From NCBI GenBank assembly GCA_043761585.1, contig JAYUNN010000011.1, forward strand, positions 12,408 to 76,407: a stretch of 64,000 bases of DNA. The letters are read 5' to 3'. This document shows positions 9,857-19,244 of the stretch, piece by piece. Each line of letters begins with the position of its first letter. Position 1 is the stretch's first letter. The translations under genes were made by a program, and so were the position numbers. This DNA is from a bacterium. Lineage in GTDB: Bacteria > Patescibacteriota > JACMRA01 > JAYUNN01. Below the pieces are notes generated by a model. It saw only the letters and a program-made list of their open reading frames with translations, was not told the DNA's origin and ran no database searches.

Positions 9857-10050
9857 TTAAATCATCCTTTTCCTCATCATTTTCCTTAAAAAATACATCT
9901 TTTGTAACGAAATCTCTGCCCAACTGTTTGAGCTCGGAATAAATGTTTAAACTAAAGCTTTTTTACCAAATGGATATTGTGATGAGAGAAGGCATCAAAA
10001 ATGCCAACGTGGAGTGAAAAAACAAAACGATCAAATTTTGATAAAGGTTT
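9857..10050 (-). repeat. Family A structured element, copy A6 (short ORF carries a premature stop)
   Basis: The minus strand reads TTTTCACTCCACGTTGGCATTTTTG...GAGCTCAAACAGTTGGGC...ACAAAAGATGTATTTTTTAAGGAAAATGATGAGGAAAAGGATGATTTAA. Confidence 0.65.
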
Positions 10051-10091
10051 TATGGAAGTATTTTGGTTAAAAAATTAGACACCTGTGGTAG

Positions 10092-10126
10092 TTAAACAAA
10101 ACCACCCTCAATTAAGAAGGTGGTTG
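10092..10126 (-). terminator. Rho-independent terminator after the 10248-10937 gene (also hairpin-competent on +)
   Basis: Stem AACCACC (10100-10106) / GGTGGTT (10119-10125), followed on the minus strand by TTTGTTT. Confidence 0.5.
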
Positions 10127-10247
10127 TAATAATTTTTAGCAAACAAGTGAGTGTAAATCTAGAAAATTCGGTCTGATTTCACCTCTTTTTTGTACTTAAA
10201 ATTGTGAGATTGATCTTTTTTATGAATCTTTAACTTGGTTTAAAATC

Positions 10248-10937
10248 TTAGTTATTGGTAGAAGTACTATTTTGAGCGTTTTTTTGATTATGCAAACGAT
10301 GCATCATGCCCATTTTTGGTTTTATCAAATCATTAATCCCTAGATCGGTAAGGGTTTTTTCCTCGGCATCGCGAGCTGTTTTGACAGCTTTGTGAGCTTC
10401 GGACAAACGGTTAAACTTGTCTTGGGTGTCCACTTTAGCCAAAATTTGAGCTCCATTTGGAGTCAAAGCTACAGCGGTTTTCCAAGCTTCATAGTTTCCA
10501 GAATCAAGTGCTGCTTGTTCGGCTTTGCGATTGGCATTTTGAGCTGGATCGCCCATTTTACCATCACGTCCAGCCATAGCTTTGAGACCTAATTCATCGA
10601 AAATAGCTTTAGCTTTGTCAAATTCATTAGTTTTCATGAAGCTATGAGCTTCCACTAACTTATCAAATTTAGCTTGAGTATCTATTTTTGTGAGTTGATC
10701 AGCACCATTGGCAGTAGCCGTGACTGCTGTCTTCCAAGCGGCATAATCTCTATTTTCTAAAGCGGTTTTAGCCGCAGTATTTTGATGATTTTTTCGACCA
10801 TAATCCTGCTCAGTATTTGAGCTTAGATTGGTGGCTGGACTAGCTGTTTGAGCGTTTACCACCATAAATCCTGCTGCAGACGAGATCAAAACACCGCCGA
10901 CTGCTAATGTAGTTAGAAATTTATTTGAGTTATTCAT
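10248..10937 (-). CDS. Secreted protein with two internal ~75-aa repeats
   Basis: Signal-peptide-like N-terminus (LTTLAVGGVLISSAAGFMVVNAQ). Duplicated block AWKTAV..NGA..L.K.DTQ.KF..L.EAH. Confidence 0.6.
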   Translation of the reverse strand: MNNSNKFLTTLAVGGVLISSAAGFMVVNAQTASPATNLSSNTEQDYGRKNHQNTAAKTALENRDYAAWKTAVTATANGADQLTKIDTQAKFDKLVEAHSFMKTNEFDKAKAIFDELGLKAMAGRDGKMGDPAQNANRKAEQAALDSGNYEAWKTAVALTPNGAQILAKVDTQDKFNRLSEAHKAVKTARDAEEKTLTDLGINDLIKPKMGMMHRLHNQKNAQNSTSTNN

Positions 10938-10961
10938 AATAATGCTATGTTTAAAATTGAA

Positions 10962-11056
10962 AAATAAGTTTCCTCAAAGTCAAAACTATGAGGTATTCGA
11001 AGCGTAAGAGTGAAGCAGTAACGCACACTAAACTTGTTTTGGGTAAAGGTACAAAG
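10962..11056 (+). repeat. Family B element, divergent copy H1
   Basis: AAATAAGTTTCCTCAAAGTCAAAACTATGAGGTATTCG...AAACTTGTTTTGGG. Stem CCTCA/TGAGG with loop AAGTCAAAACTA. Confidence 0.55.
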
Positions 11057-11174
11057 TAATACTTTGAATTGTTGTTCTTTACCATAAACTTTCTTCAAAT
11101 AGAAGCTTTCGAAAATTTTAGGATCCTGTTTTCTTGCTTCGTATATACTACACACTCACCAAAATAAAATGACA

Positions 11175-11906
11175 CTATGGCTGTATGGGCTGTCTAAATC
11201 GCCTAGATTGCTCTGGGCCAGCTAGTTTTATATCTAAAATTTGGTTTGAATTACTTTGATCAAAGCGAATTATAACGTCTTGATTAATTTTAAAATTATC
11301 TGAATTTACACTTTCGTCCAAAATAAACTCAAATTGCTCAAATTGATTTCGAACTACGATTTTTGATTGGGTTTCAGAAATTGGGGTTTTGCTCACAATT
11401 GAACCCATAAATTTATCAGGTTTCCGAATTTTTTGATACATCTGATTGAAACGTTTGGGGCGATACGGTAAATTTTCCAATTGACTTTGAGTCTTAAAAA
11501 ACTCGTCTTCAAAAGCAGAATTTTCTCGAACTGTCCAAACTACACCACCACAAATCAAAGCTAAAATAAACCAAACTGAACCAAAAACTAAACCCCGATT
11601 TTTAACCAGCGGCAAATCTGTCTGCCGATACAATAAGTAAAGCACTAAGCTCACAAAAAGCACGAAAAGTAACAGCTCAGGCAAACTGTTATTTAAAATT
11701 GTAAACAAGTTTTGATCGCTTTGGGCTAGTAGAGTATTGGCTTCGATCAAATCCCACACAAAATAGCTCAAAACTAAACTAGATAAACAAAATAAAATAA
11801 ATACTGCAATGATTTTAATAACATTAATCAAAAAAAATCGCCACCATGAATATGGTTTTTGCTGATGAATTTGAGTTAAAATTTTATTTTTTAAAGCGTC
11901 TGGCAT
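11175..11906 (-). CDS. Membrane protein, putative anti-sigma factor (by position)
   Basis: Lies immediately downstream of the ECF sigma gene. Several TM segments. No recognisable domain. Confidence 0.4.
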   Translation of the reverse strand: MPDALKNKILTQIHQQKPYSWWRFFLINVIKIIAVFILFCLSSLVLSYFVWDLIEANTLLAQSDQNLFTILNNSLPELLLFVLFVSLVLYLLYRQTDLPLVKNRGLVFGSVWFILALICGGVVWTVRENSAFEDEFFKTQSQLENLPYRPKRFNQMYQKIRKPDKFMGSIVSKTPISETQSKIVVRNQFEQFEFILDESVNSDNFKINQDVIIRFDQSNSNQILDIKLAGPEQSRRFRQPIQP

Positions 11907-11918
11907 ATTTGGTATAAT

Positions 11919-12485
11919 TTATTCTTTAATTTCCAGTTTTGGCAGTAGTTTTCTGGCACGTTCGCGAGCACGTTTCAGTTTAACCGCGATTGTATTTTCA
12001 CTCAATTTTAAAATATCACTGATTTCACGTAGACTTTTTTCTTCCAAGTGAAATAAAATTAGTAAACTGCGATCAATTTCTTTTAATTTTGATAAAACTT
12101 GTTCCAATTCTTGCACGCTCAGTATCTGATTAGCTTTAGCTGGGGCTGGAATATGCCAAAAATCTTGTAAATCAATGCTAAAAAACTTGGAATTATTGCG
12201 GATTTGATTGATGGCACAGTTGTGGGCAATGCGATAGAGCCAAGTTGAAAACTTAAATTCTTGCTTATAGCTAGCTAAATTTTTATAAGCTTTCAAAAAA
12301 GCCTCACTGGTAGCATCATCAGCATCACTCTGATCATAATTTAACAATCTCAAACAATACCGCAAAATTGGGGCTTGCCAGCGATTGACAAGTTCCTCAA
12401 AAGCACCAGATTCACTGTCTTTCAAAGTTAGCTGCACTAATTCTGCGTCAGTCTTAGTTTCAAAATCAGATACTAAAACAGGCAT
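11919..12485 (-). CDS. RNA polymerase sigma-70 family, ECF subfamily
   Basis: Region 2 (WLYRIAHNCAINQIR) and region 4 HTH (EEKSLREISDILKLSENTIAVKLKRARE). Confidence 0.88.
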   Translation of the reverse strand: MPVLVSDFETKTDAELVQLTLKDSESGAFEELVNRWQAPILRYCLRLLNYDQSDADDATSEAFLKAYKNLASYKQEFKFSTWLYRIAHNCAINQIRNNSKFFSIDLQDFWHIPAPAKANQILSVQELEQVLSKLKEIDRSLLILFHLEEKSLREISDILKLSENTIAVKLKRARERARKLLPKLEIKE

Positions 12486-12646
12486 TATTTAAATACTACT
12501 AAGATTTTATCAAAAAATGACATAAAATTACCCTTGATTTTAAAGGTGCTAATTTTATCAAAATATTTAGCAAAATGTTATCACAAGATATAATTTAAGC
12601 AAGTCTTATTTATACGATAAGTCAATTTTAGTAATTTTCTGATAGC

Positions 12647-14131
12647 TTATTCGTTTGATTTTATTTTTAAAGTGTGAAGTATATGTTTTTTGGCTGACCG
12701 TGTTTTGACCCAGTCTAACCAGTCACGATTGGGTTTTTGTTTTTTATTGGTCAAGATTTCTACCAAATCACCGTTAATTAAAATATGGTTGAGCTTAGTC
12801 ATTTGACCGTTAACTTTAGCCATTTGAGCCAAGTCACCGACATCTTTATGGATCTTATAGGCAAAGTCTAGGGGCGTAGAATCTTTGGGTAAATCGATCA
12901 CATCGCCTTTAGGTGTCAAAATAAAAATTCTATCAGCAAATAAATCTAGTTTCACAGTTTTTAAATACTCTTCTTGGCTAATTTCCTCGCTGCCGAGCTT
13001 GACTAACTCGTTGATCCACTTTAGTTGCTCGCTAGAAATATGTGCATTTTTTAGCTCTACCGCTGTATTTTGGGAGTTTTTACCAGCTTGGGAGTAGGCC
13101 CAGTGAGCTGCGATACCATATTCGGCAAATTCGTGCATTTCCTTGGTGCGAATCTGCACTTCAAATACAATGCCAGAGCGATCGATAACCGTAGTGTGGA
13201 TACTTTGATAGCCGTTTGGTTTAGGATTGGCGATATAGTCTTTGACTCGGTTTGAAATCGGTGTAAAATGTTTGTGGATCAAACCTAAAGCGACATAGCA
13301 ATCAGCTACTGAGGGCATCACCAGTCGCAGTGCTACCAAATCGTAAATAGTGTCAATTTCTTTTTTTTCTTCCAATTTTAAAAATAAAGAATAGTATTTT
13401 TTAGCTCGCCCCACTAGTTCAAGATATTGCAAATTCTCAGCAGCTAAAATTTCGGCTATGCGAGTTTTGATATCTTCTAATTTGTCAAGCCGCTCGCCCA
13501 CGGTTTCTTTAGACTCGTCCAGTAGTTTTTGGTATTCCAGGGGAAACACATAAGGAAAAGCAGCATCCTCAATCTCGCCTTTAAAATAACTAATCCCCAG
13601 CCGGTTGGCAATGGGTGCGTAAATCTCCAGACTCTCAAGCGCAATTCGACGGGCTTTTTCAGGACTAAGATGCTCTAAAGTGTGTAAATTGTGCAGCCTA
13701 TCTGCTAACTTTATAAAAATTACTCGAATATCTTTACTCATGGCCATAAACATTTTACGTAAATTTTCCACGTAGAGCTCATCGCCACTATAACGAATTT
13801 TCGATAGTTTGGTGATGCCGCTGACCAAAAATGAAATATTTGCACCGAAAATCTTTTCGATTTGATCTAGTCCAACCTCAGTATCTTCTGGAACATCATG
13901 CAAAAGTGCTGCTGCAATCATGTCGCCGCCCATTCGCATCTTAACTAATTCCTGAGCTGTGGCCACAGGATGAATAATATAATACTCACCGCTTTTGCGT
14001 TTTTGATCGCCGTGGGCTTCGACCATTTGCCAAAAAGCTAGCTCCACCACTTCTCTTGACTCTGAGGATAAATATTTGATTTGAGGTTCGAAATTGACCC
14101 AAAGAAGCTCGGCTTGATTTTTTAAAGTCAT
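12647..14131 (-). CDS. rel: Bifunctional (p)ppGpp synthetase/hydrolase, short form (HD + synthetase + TGS, no long C-terminal regulatory region)
   Basis: HD motif LLHDVPEDT. Synthetase motifs DLVALRLV, NGYQSIHTTV, FEVQIRTKEMHEFAEYGIAAHWAY. TGS segment FILTPKGDVIDLPKDSTPLDFAYKIH. Confidence 0.9.
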   Translation of the reverse strand: MTLKNQAELLWVNFEPQIKYLSSESREVVELAFWQMVEAHGDQKRKSGEYYIIHPVATAQELVKMRMGGDMIAAALLHDVPEDTEVGLDQIEKIFGANISFLVSGITKLSKIRYSGDELYVENLRKMFMAMSKDIRVIFIKLADRLHNLHTLEHLSPEKARRIALESLEIYAPIANRLGISYFKGEIEDAAFPYVFPLEYQKLLDESKETVGERLDKLEDIKTRIAEILAAENLQYLELVGRAKKYYSLFLKLEEKKEIDTIYDLVALRLVMPSVADCYVALGLIHKHFTPISNRVKDYIANPKPNGYQSIHTTVIDRSGIVFEVQIRTKEMHEFAEYGIAAHWAYSQAGKNSQNTAVELKNAHISSEQLKWINELVKLGSEEISQEEYLKTVKLDLFADRIFILTPKGDVIDLPKDSTPLDFAYKIHKDVGDLAQMAKVNGQMTKLNHILINGDLVEILTNKKQKPNRDWLDWVKTRSAKKHILHTLKIKSNE

Positions 14132-14295
14132 AGATATTTTTGATACTTTCTTAAAAGACTTAATATAAAATTATAATATAAATTCCAACTACCGTCAAAA
14201 AAAATTTAATTTTGAATGTATTTTAGAATCAAGAACCAAACATATTTTTTAGGCTTGACTATTGTCACGTTTGAGATTATTACTTAATTTGACTT

Positions 14296-14336
14296 ATAAG
14301 GTAAGTTCTCTCAAAGTCAAATTACGAGAGGCTTAT
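14296..14336 (+). repeat. Family B-type hairpin, copy H2
   Basis: ATAAGGTAAGTTCTCTCAAAGTCAAATTACGAGAGGCTTAT. Inner stem TCTCTC/GAGAGG, outer stem ATAAG/CTTAT, loop AAAGTCAAATTAC. Confidence 0.5.
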
Positions 14337-14455
14337 ATCAGATTGCCGAGCTATGCTCACAAAATCGACTATTAGAATAGGTTTTGAGGTAAAAATTTGA
14401 AATATTTACCCTGCCGACCAATAAAATAACTTTTATTTTAAAAACTGCAAACTTT

Positions 14456-17400
14456 ATGGCTGTAACTGGAAATAGAAAGACTTTTTTAAGTCCCGAAGAA
14501 TCAAATTTAAATCCAAGCAAAAATGATGCGCATGTTGAGGAATTAGGCTCGGTAACCAAACTCGAGAGCTACGATAAACCCGATCAAAATCTAAGTATTG
14601 AGCCACAATTTACTAATAATTTTGTACTAATAGAGGATCAGGATCCAAAAAGTAGTGAATTTACTGCTAAAAGTATCGAGCCTGAGATAGAGCCTGCAGA
14701 TGCTGCATCAGAAAGTGAGTTCATTGAGGTCAAACCTAAAAGTAGTTTCATGAAAAGAATATCAAAAATCTCAACTCAATCTAAAGGTGAAAATTTAGAC
14801 GAGCAAACCAAAACCACAGCTTTTAAAAGTAAAATTGGTCAAAAAGACTATGCTGGCGGTCGTTTAAACTTTAAAAAATTAAAACAAAATATTTTTGGTG
14901 GTGGCCTCAAAGGTGTATGGAAAAGCCTTTTTACAGTTTTTGGGCTATTTATGGTCTTGATAGTGATTTTCGGAGCTGTCGGTGTGGGTTATATTTTATA
15001 CCTCTATCAAAATATAGTCTTTGATTCAAACGTAGAACAAAGTAAAACTTCGATCGTTTTAGCAGCTGACGGCAAAACTGAACTCTTTAAAATTTATGGA
15101 ACCGATGGTAGGCGCCAAGAAGCTAGTTGGACAGAAGTCCCCGACCAAGTCAAATTTGCTTTCTTAGCTTTAGAGGATGAGAATTACTACTACAACGATA
15201 GTGGTATTAGCTGGTACAATCTCGGTGGATCAATCCTAAACTGTGCCACTACTTTGGGTAAAAACTGTCGTGGTGGTAGTGGCATATCGCAGCAAGTGGT
15301 CCGAAAATTAACTAACGATGATACTAGGCAAAGTGGTGAAGTAGTCCAGCGAAAATTACGCGAAATTGTGCGGGCGTATAAACTAAATCAAGATTTATCC
15401 AAAGAAGATATTTTACTCAAATATTTAAATGTTGTACCTCTGGGTCGCAACACTATTGGTATTAAAGAGGCTGTTCAATCGTATTTTGGGAAAGATCTCA
15501 AAGACATGACCGTGCCTGAGTCTTGTTATTTGGCTGCCTTTCCGCCTAGCCCATCAAACTATGCCAAATCAATCAATAATTCTGAAAAAGATGAAAAGGG
15601 AAATTACACCGATGCTTGGCGAGGTATCATGGAAAACCGAAAAAATATTTGTATCGAAAAATTAGCTCAGATCTCGATCCAAGGACCTGGTACCCAGCCA
15701 CTTATCCCAAATAGTGAAGTCAAAACCTTACAAGATCAAGAAGTTAAATTTCAAGCTGATAAAAATATTTACAAATATCCACATTTTGTGGAGTACGTCC
15801 GCACTGAATTACTAGGTATTTTTAGTGACGACTTTATGAAAAAAGAAAGTCTTAGCCGAGCTGATGCTGACATAAAAGCTGAAAATCTGTTGATTACAGG
15901 AGGTTTTAAAGTGGTCACAACCATCGATCCAGCCCTGCAAGATAAAGTCGAGAACATCATCAGAACCCAAGCTAAGAAAAATATAATCGATGTCGGTGCC
16001 AACAACGCTGCCGCAGTGGTGGTCGACAATGAAAATGGTGAGCTATTAAGTATGGTAGGATCTTTAGCTTATAGTAAAGAAGATCTAAATGGTATAGAAG
16101 GTATCAAAAACCCAGACGAATTTTACAAAGAACTAGATGGTAAAGTCAATGTGGCAACTTCATTCCAGCAGCCTGGTTCAAGCTTCAAGCCGTATGCCTA
16201 CGCCACAGCTTTTGCCAAAGGTCTATTTAACCCTACCACAGTTTTGATGGACGTTAAAACGGCTTTTGATGATAATGGCAGGCCCTACACTCCAGTCAAC
16301 TACACAGGTGGCTTCTCTGGGCCAGTGACGATTCGGTCAGCCATCGCCAACTCACTCAATATCCCAGCGATCAAATCTGTCTTTCTAGCCGCTGGTGACA
16401 ATCAAAATCAGTCCATCACTAGAGTCAAAAATACTGGTGTAGCAAACGTGGTCAACACAGCTCGAGATATGGGTGTCAAGTTTGATGAACGTATCAAGGA
16501 GCCGGAAAAAAGTTGTGGTGTTCAGGTGGCTTTGGGCGGCTGTGAAATATCAATGGTTTCTCACGCCACTGGGATAAGTACCTTTGCTAGAATGGGTGAC
16601 AAAATACCAGTTTCGCCCTTTAAACAAATTTGTACGGCTCAAGGTGAAGATATTTATAATGGTAAAATGTGTGACGGCTCGGAAAGATCTGGTATCCGAA
16701 AAATAAAAGACGAGTATTACAAAAAAGAAGATAAGGTTATGGATCCTAAAATTGCCTATGAGGTGATTGATATGATGACTGACGTTGAGGCGCGAATCCC
16801 GGTTTTTGGTAGCACTCGCTGTATTTTGACGCTAAATAACTGTAATCGCGATAAAGAATTTAAAGATTGGGCGGTAGCAGCTAAAACTGGAACTTCCAAT
16901 GAAAATCGTGACACATGGACAGTTGGGTTTACACCTACTCGAACAGCTCTTGTCTGGGTCGGTCGCACGGACAACAAACCCACCAATGATTCTAGTATGA
17001 GATCAGCGGCTCCGATTTGGCAAAATGTCATCAAAGCAGCTGTAAGTGGCCAAGAAAGAAAGGATTTTGTCAGACCAAAAGATATGGTAGAAATCAAGGT
17101 AAATCCAAGCACAGGTTTACCAGTTGGTGAAGGCGAACCAGGCACAAGTCAATGGGTTAGCGAAGAACAAAAAAAGAAATTAGAGGATAGTTTCAAAGCA
17201 ATTCAAGATAAATCCGCTAAAGGTGAATTAGATCTTTTAAAAGAAGATATTTTTAGCCTTCGAAGTACAGTTTTCTCAAGAACCGTAGAAATCAACAAAA
17301 TCGATCAAAAACTGGTTAATGACACCAATAGAGCAAATATCGCACCTGAAAATATCGAACGCAAGAGTTTTGCGTGTCCTGTTTCAGAGTTCCCATGGGC

Positions 17401-18226
17401 AAAATTGAAAGATGTAACTAATTGGCAAGACCCCGTCAGTAGTTATTCTAGAGGCGCCAATCAAGATCCAAACAAACCTTCCGGTTGTGGACCAACCGAG
17501 CTAAGCAACACCTTTAGAACCGACACCACAACTGATGATAAAAAACCAATTATTTCATTTGAAGGCTTTACCACTGGTGCTTTTTACAATACTTATCCTG
17601 TGCGAATAGTCCTAAATGCTAGCACAAATGTCCCAGGAAACGTGATTACAGACACTCAAATCTTCGTAAATGGTAAAGAAAAAAGCGCTGGAAAATCAAA
17701 TACTTCAAGTTATACTATTGGTGGTGGACCAGTCGAACCGACTGTTCTAAATATTTACTTTAAAGCCAACGATAATCAGGGAAACAGTGTCACTAGCCCA
17801 GTTTATACCATCACACTCTTACCTACCGGCACTGAGTTACCAAACAACAACGGCACTCCAAACCCTCAACCAGCCACTCCAGCCGCCCCCGTAACTACTA
17901 CTGTACCAGCACTAGCTCCAGCGGTCGCAGAAAACCAGATTAGATTGGATGGATTTGGTAATGGTGATACACTCAGCGGCAATAAAGATCTGCTGGTAAG
18001 CAGCCCAACTCAAATTGTAGATCCTAAAGTAGTTTTTACTAGCACAGCCTCAAAAAATAGCTCGCAATTTACACCCAAAGAGCTGGCTATTAACGGTTTT
18101 AGATATCGAGCAAGTTTTGATTTTTCTAGTTTCTCACCAGGTGAGTACACCGTCAAATTTTCAGGCAAAGACAGCTCTGGAAAATCTATAAGTAGCGATG
18201 AAATCAGAGTCAAAGTCGTGAAATAA
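14456..18226 (+). CDS. Class A penicillin-binding protein (GT51 transglycosylase + transpeptidase) with long N- and C-terminal extensions
   Basis: GT51 motifs ALEDENYYYNDSGISW, GGSGISQQVVRKL, RKLREI. Transpeptidase motifs SSFKPYAY (SxxK), SLN (SxN), KTGTS (KTG). 1256 aa. Confidence 0.9.
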   Translation: MAVTGNRKTFLSPEESNLNPSKNDAHVEELGSVTKLESYDKPDQNLSIEPQFTNNFVLIEDQDPKSSEFTAKSIEPEIEPADAASESEFIEVKPKSSFMKRISKISTQSKGENLDEQTKTTAFKSKIGQKDYAGGRLNFKKLKQNIFGGGLKGVWKSLFTVFGLFMVLIVIFGAVGVGYILYLYQNIVFDSNVEQSKTSIVLAADGKTELFKIYGTDGRRQEASWTEVPDQVKFAFLALEDENYYYNDSGISWYNLGGSILNCATTLGKNCRGGSGISQQVVRKLTNDDTRQSGEVVQRKLREIVRAYKLNQDLSKEDILLKYLNVVPLGRNTIGIKEAVQSYFGKDLKDMTVPESCYLAAFPPSPSNYAKSINNSEKDEKGNYTDAWRGIMENRKNICIEKLAQISIQGPGTQPLIPNSEVKTLQDQEVKFQADKNIYKYPHFVEYVRTELLGIFSDDFMKKESLSRADADIKAENLLITGGFKVVTTIDPALQDKVENIIRTQAKKNIIDVGANNAAAVVVDNENGELLSMVGSLAYSKEDLNGIEGIKNPDEFYKELDGKVNVATSFQQPGSSFKPYAYATAFAKGLFNPTTVLMDVKTAFDDNGRPYTPVNYTGGFSGPVTIRSAIANSLNIPAIKSVFLAAGDNQNQSITRVKNTGVANVVNTARDMGVKFDERIKEPEKSCGVQVALGGCEISMVSHATGISTFARMGDKIPVSPFKQICTAQGEDIYNGKMCDGSERSGIRKIKDEYYKKEDKVMDPKIAYEVIDMMTDVEARIPVFGSTRCILTLNNCNRDKEFKDWAVAAKTGTSNENRDTWTVGFTPTRTALVWVGRTDNKPTNDSSMRSAAPIWQNVIKAAVSGQERKDFVRPKDMVEIKVNPSTGLPVGEGEPGTSQWVSEEQKKKLEDSFKAIQDKSAKGELDLLKEDIFSLRSTVFSRTVEINKIDQKLVNDTNRANIAPENIERKSFACPVSEFPWAKLKDVTNWQDPVSSYSRGANQDPNKPSGCGPTELSNTFRTDTTTDDKKPIISFEGFTTGAFYNTYPVRIVLNASTNVPGNVITDTQIFVNGKEKSAGKSNTSSYTIGGGPVEPTVLNIYFKANDNQGNSVTSPVYTITLLPTGTELPNNNGTPNPQPATPAAPVTTTVPALAPAVAENQIRLDGFGNGDTLSGNKDLLVSSPTQIVDPKVVFTSTASKNSSQFTPKELAINGFRYRASFDFSSFSPGEYTVKFSGKDSSGKSISSDEIRVKVVK

Positions 18227-18411
18227 GTCCGCTGAAATTGGATTTACGAAGTGCTACTTACCCGTGTGACAATTTTCTATATATTCTAGCTATTGCATTT
18301 CACGATATTTGTACAGTTTCATCCTTGAATTGGCTCGACAAACTATTGATAAACACAAACAGTAATTGCTTTTATTTTAACACAAAACTCGACCAAAACT
18401 AAAATAATCTT

Positions 18412-19134
18412 ATGCGTATCAATCAATACCTAGCTTTTCATCTCGGACTGAGTCGTCGCGGCGCCGAAGAACCTGTCCTAAAAAGTCAAGTTAAAATTAA
18501 TGGCCAAATCATTAAAGAGTTGTTTACTCAAGTAGAAGAAGCTGATCAAGTTGAGGTTTTCCGTTTTGGAAAATGGGAGCCTATTAGCAAAACTCGAAAT
18601 CAGACAATTTTGGTGTACAAAACACCTTTTATCGTAACAACTCACAAAGATCCCGAGGGTCGGCGTACGGTTTATGATTTATTACCAAAAAAATACGGTC
18701 ATCTAAAATCGGCTGGACGGCTTGATTTTATGTCGGAAGGCTTGCTGGTTTTGTCTACTGACGGCCAACTAATCCAAGAACTAACTCACCCGAGCCGAAA
18801 TCATGACAAAAGTTATTTAGTTGGGCTTAGTAAAATACTACGAGAAAATGCTATTTTAGAAATGCAAAGTGGCCAGCTCCAGCTTGAAGAAAATGTATTA
18901 GCACCGATGAAAGTAGAAAACCTAACTGCAACCGAGATGCAAGAATGGTCTTTTTTAAAAATTTCACCAAATTTAATCTGGTATAAATTTACACTTACCG
19001 AAGGTCGCAACAATCAAATCCGCAAAGTTTGCCAAATGTTTGGCTGCGGTGTCACTAGGCTAATACGAATTAAACAAGGAGATTTTAAACTTACCAAAGA
19101 GCTTTTAGAGCACAAATGGCTTGAGGTAAACTAA
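18412..19134 (+). CDS. Pseudouridine synthase, RsuA/RluB family (S4 domain + catalytic domain)
   Basis: Catalytic motif GRLDFMSEGLLVLSTDG, C-terminal GRNNQIRKV, and an N-terminal S4-like segment. Confidence 0.85.
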   Translation: MRINQYLAFHLGLSRRGAEEPVLKSQVKINGQIIKELFTQVEEADQVEVFRFGKWEPISKTRNQTILVYKTPFIVTTHKDPEGRRTVYDLLPKKYGHLKSAGRLDFMSEGLLVLSTDGQLIQELTHPSRNHDKSYLVGLSKILRENAILEMQSGQLQLEENVLAPMKVENLTATEMQEWSFLKISPNLIWYKFTLTEGRNNQIRKVCQMFGCGVTRLIRIKQGDFKLTKELLEHKWLEVN

Positions 19135-19244
19135 TTTTTTTCACTCTCCATAGGCTGCATTGCACACTAAGAACATCATTTACAGATTTTCTTGACATTT
19201 TACAAATATTGCCATTTGCTATAGAACACTGATTAACAAAATTT

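Noticed and set aside
19192-19225. fusA promoter, TTGACA (19192-19197) with TGCTATAGA (19217-19225).
   Set aside because: The spacing between the -35 box and the -10 hexamer is 22 nt, outside the functional range. Only the extended -10-like TGnTATAGA might be real, so it is not reported as a feature.
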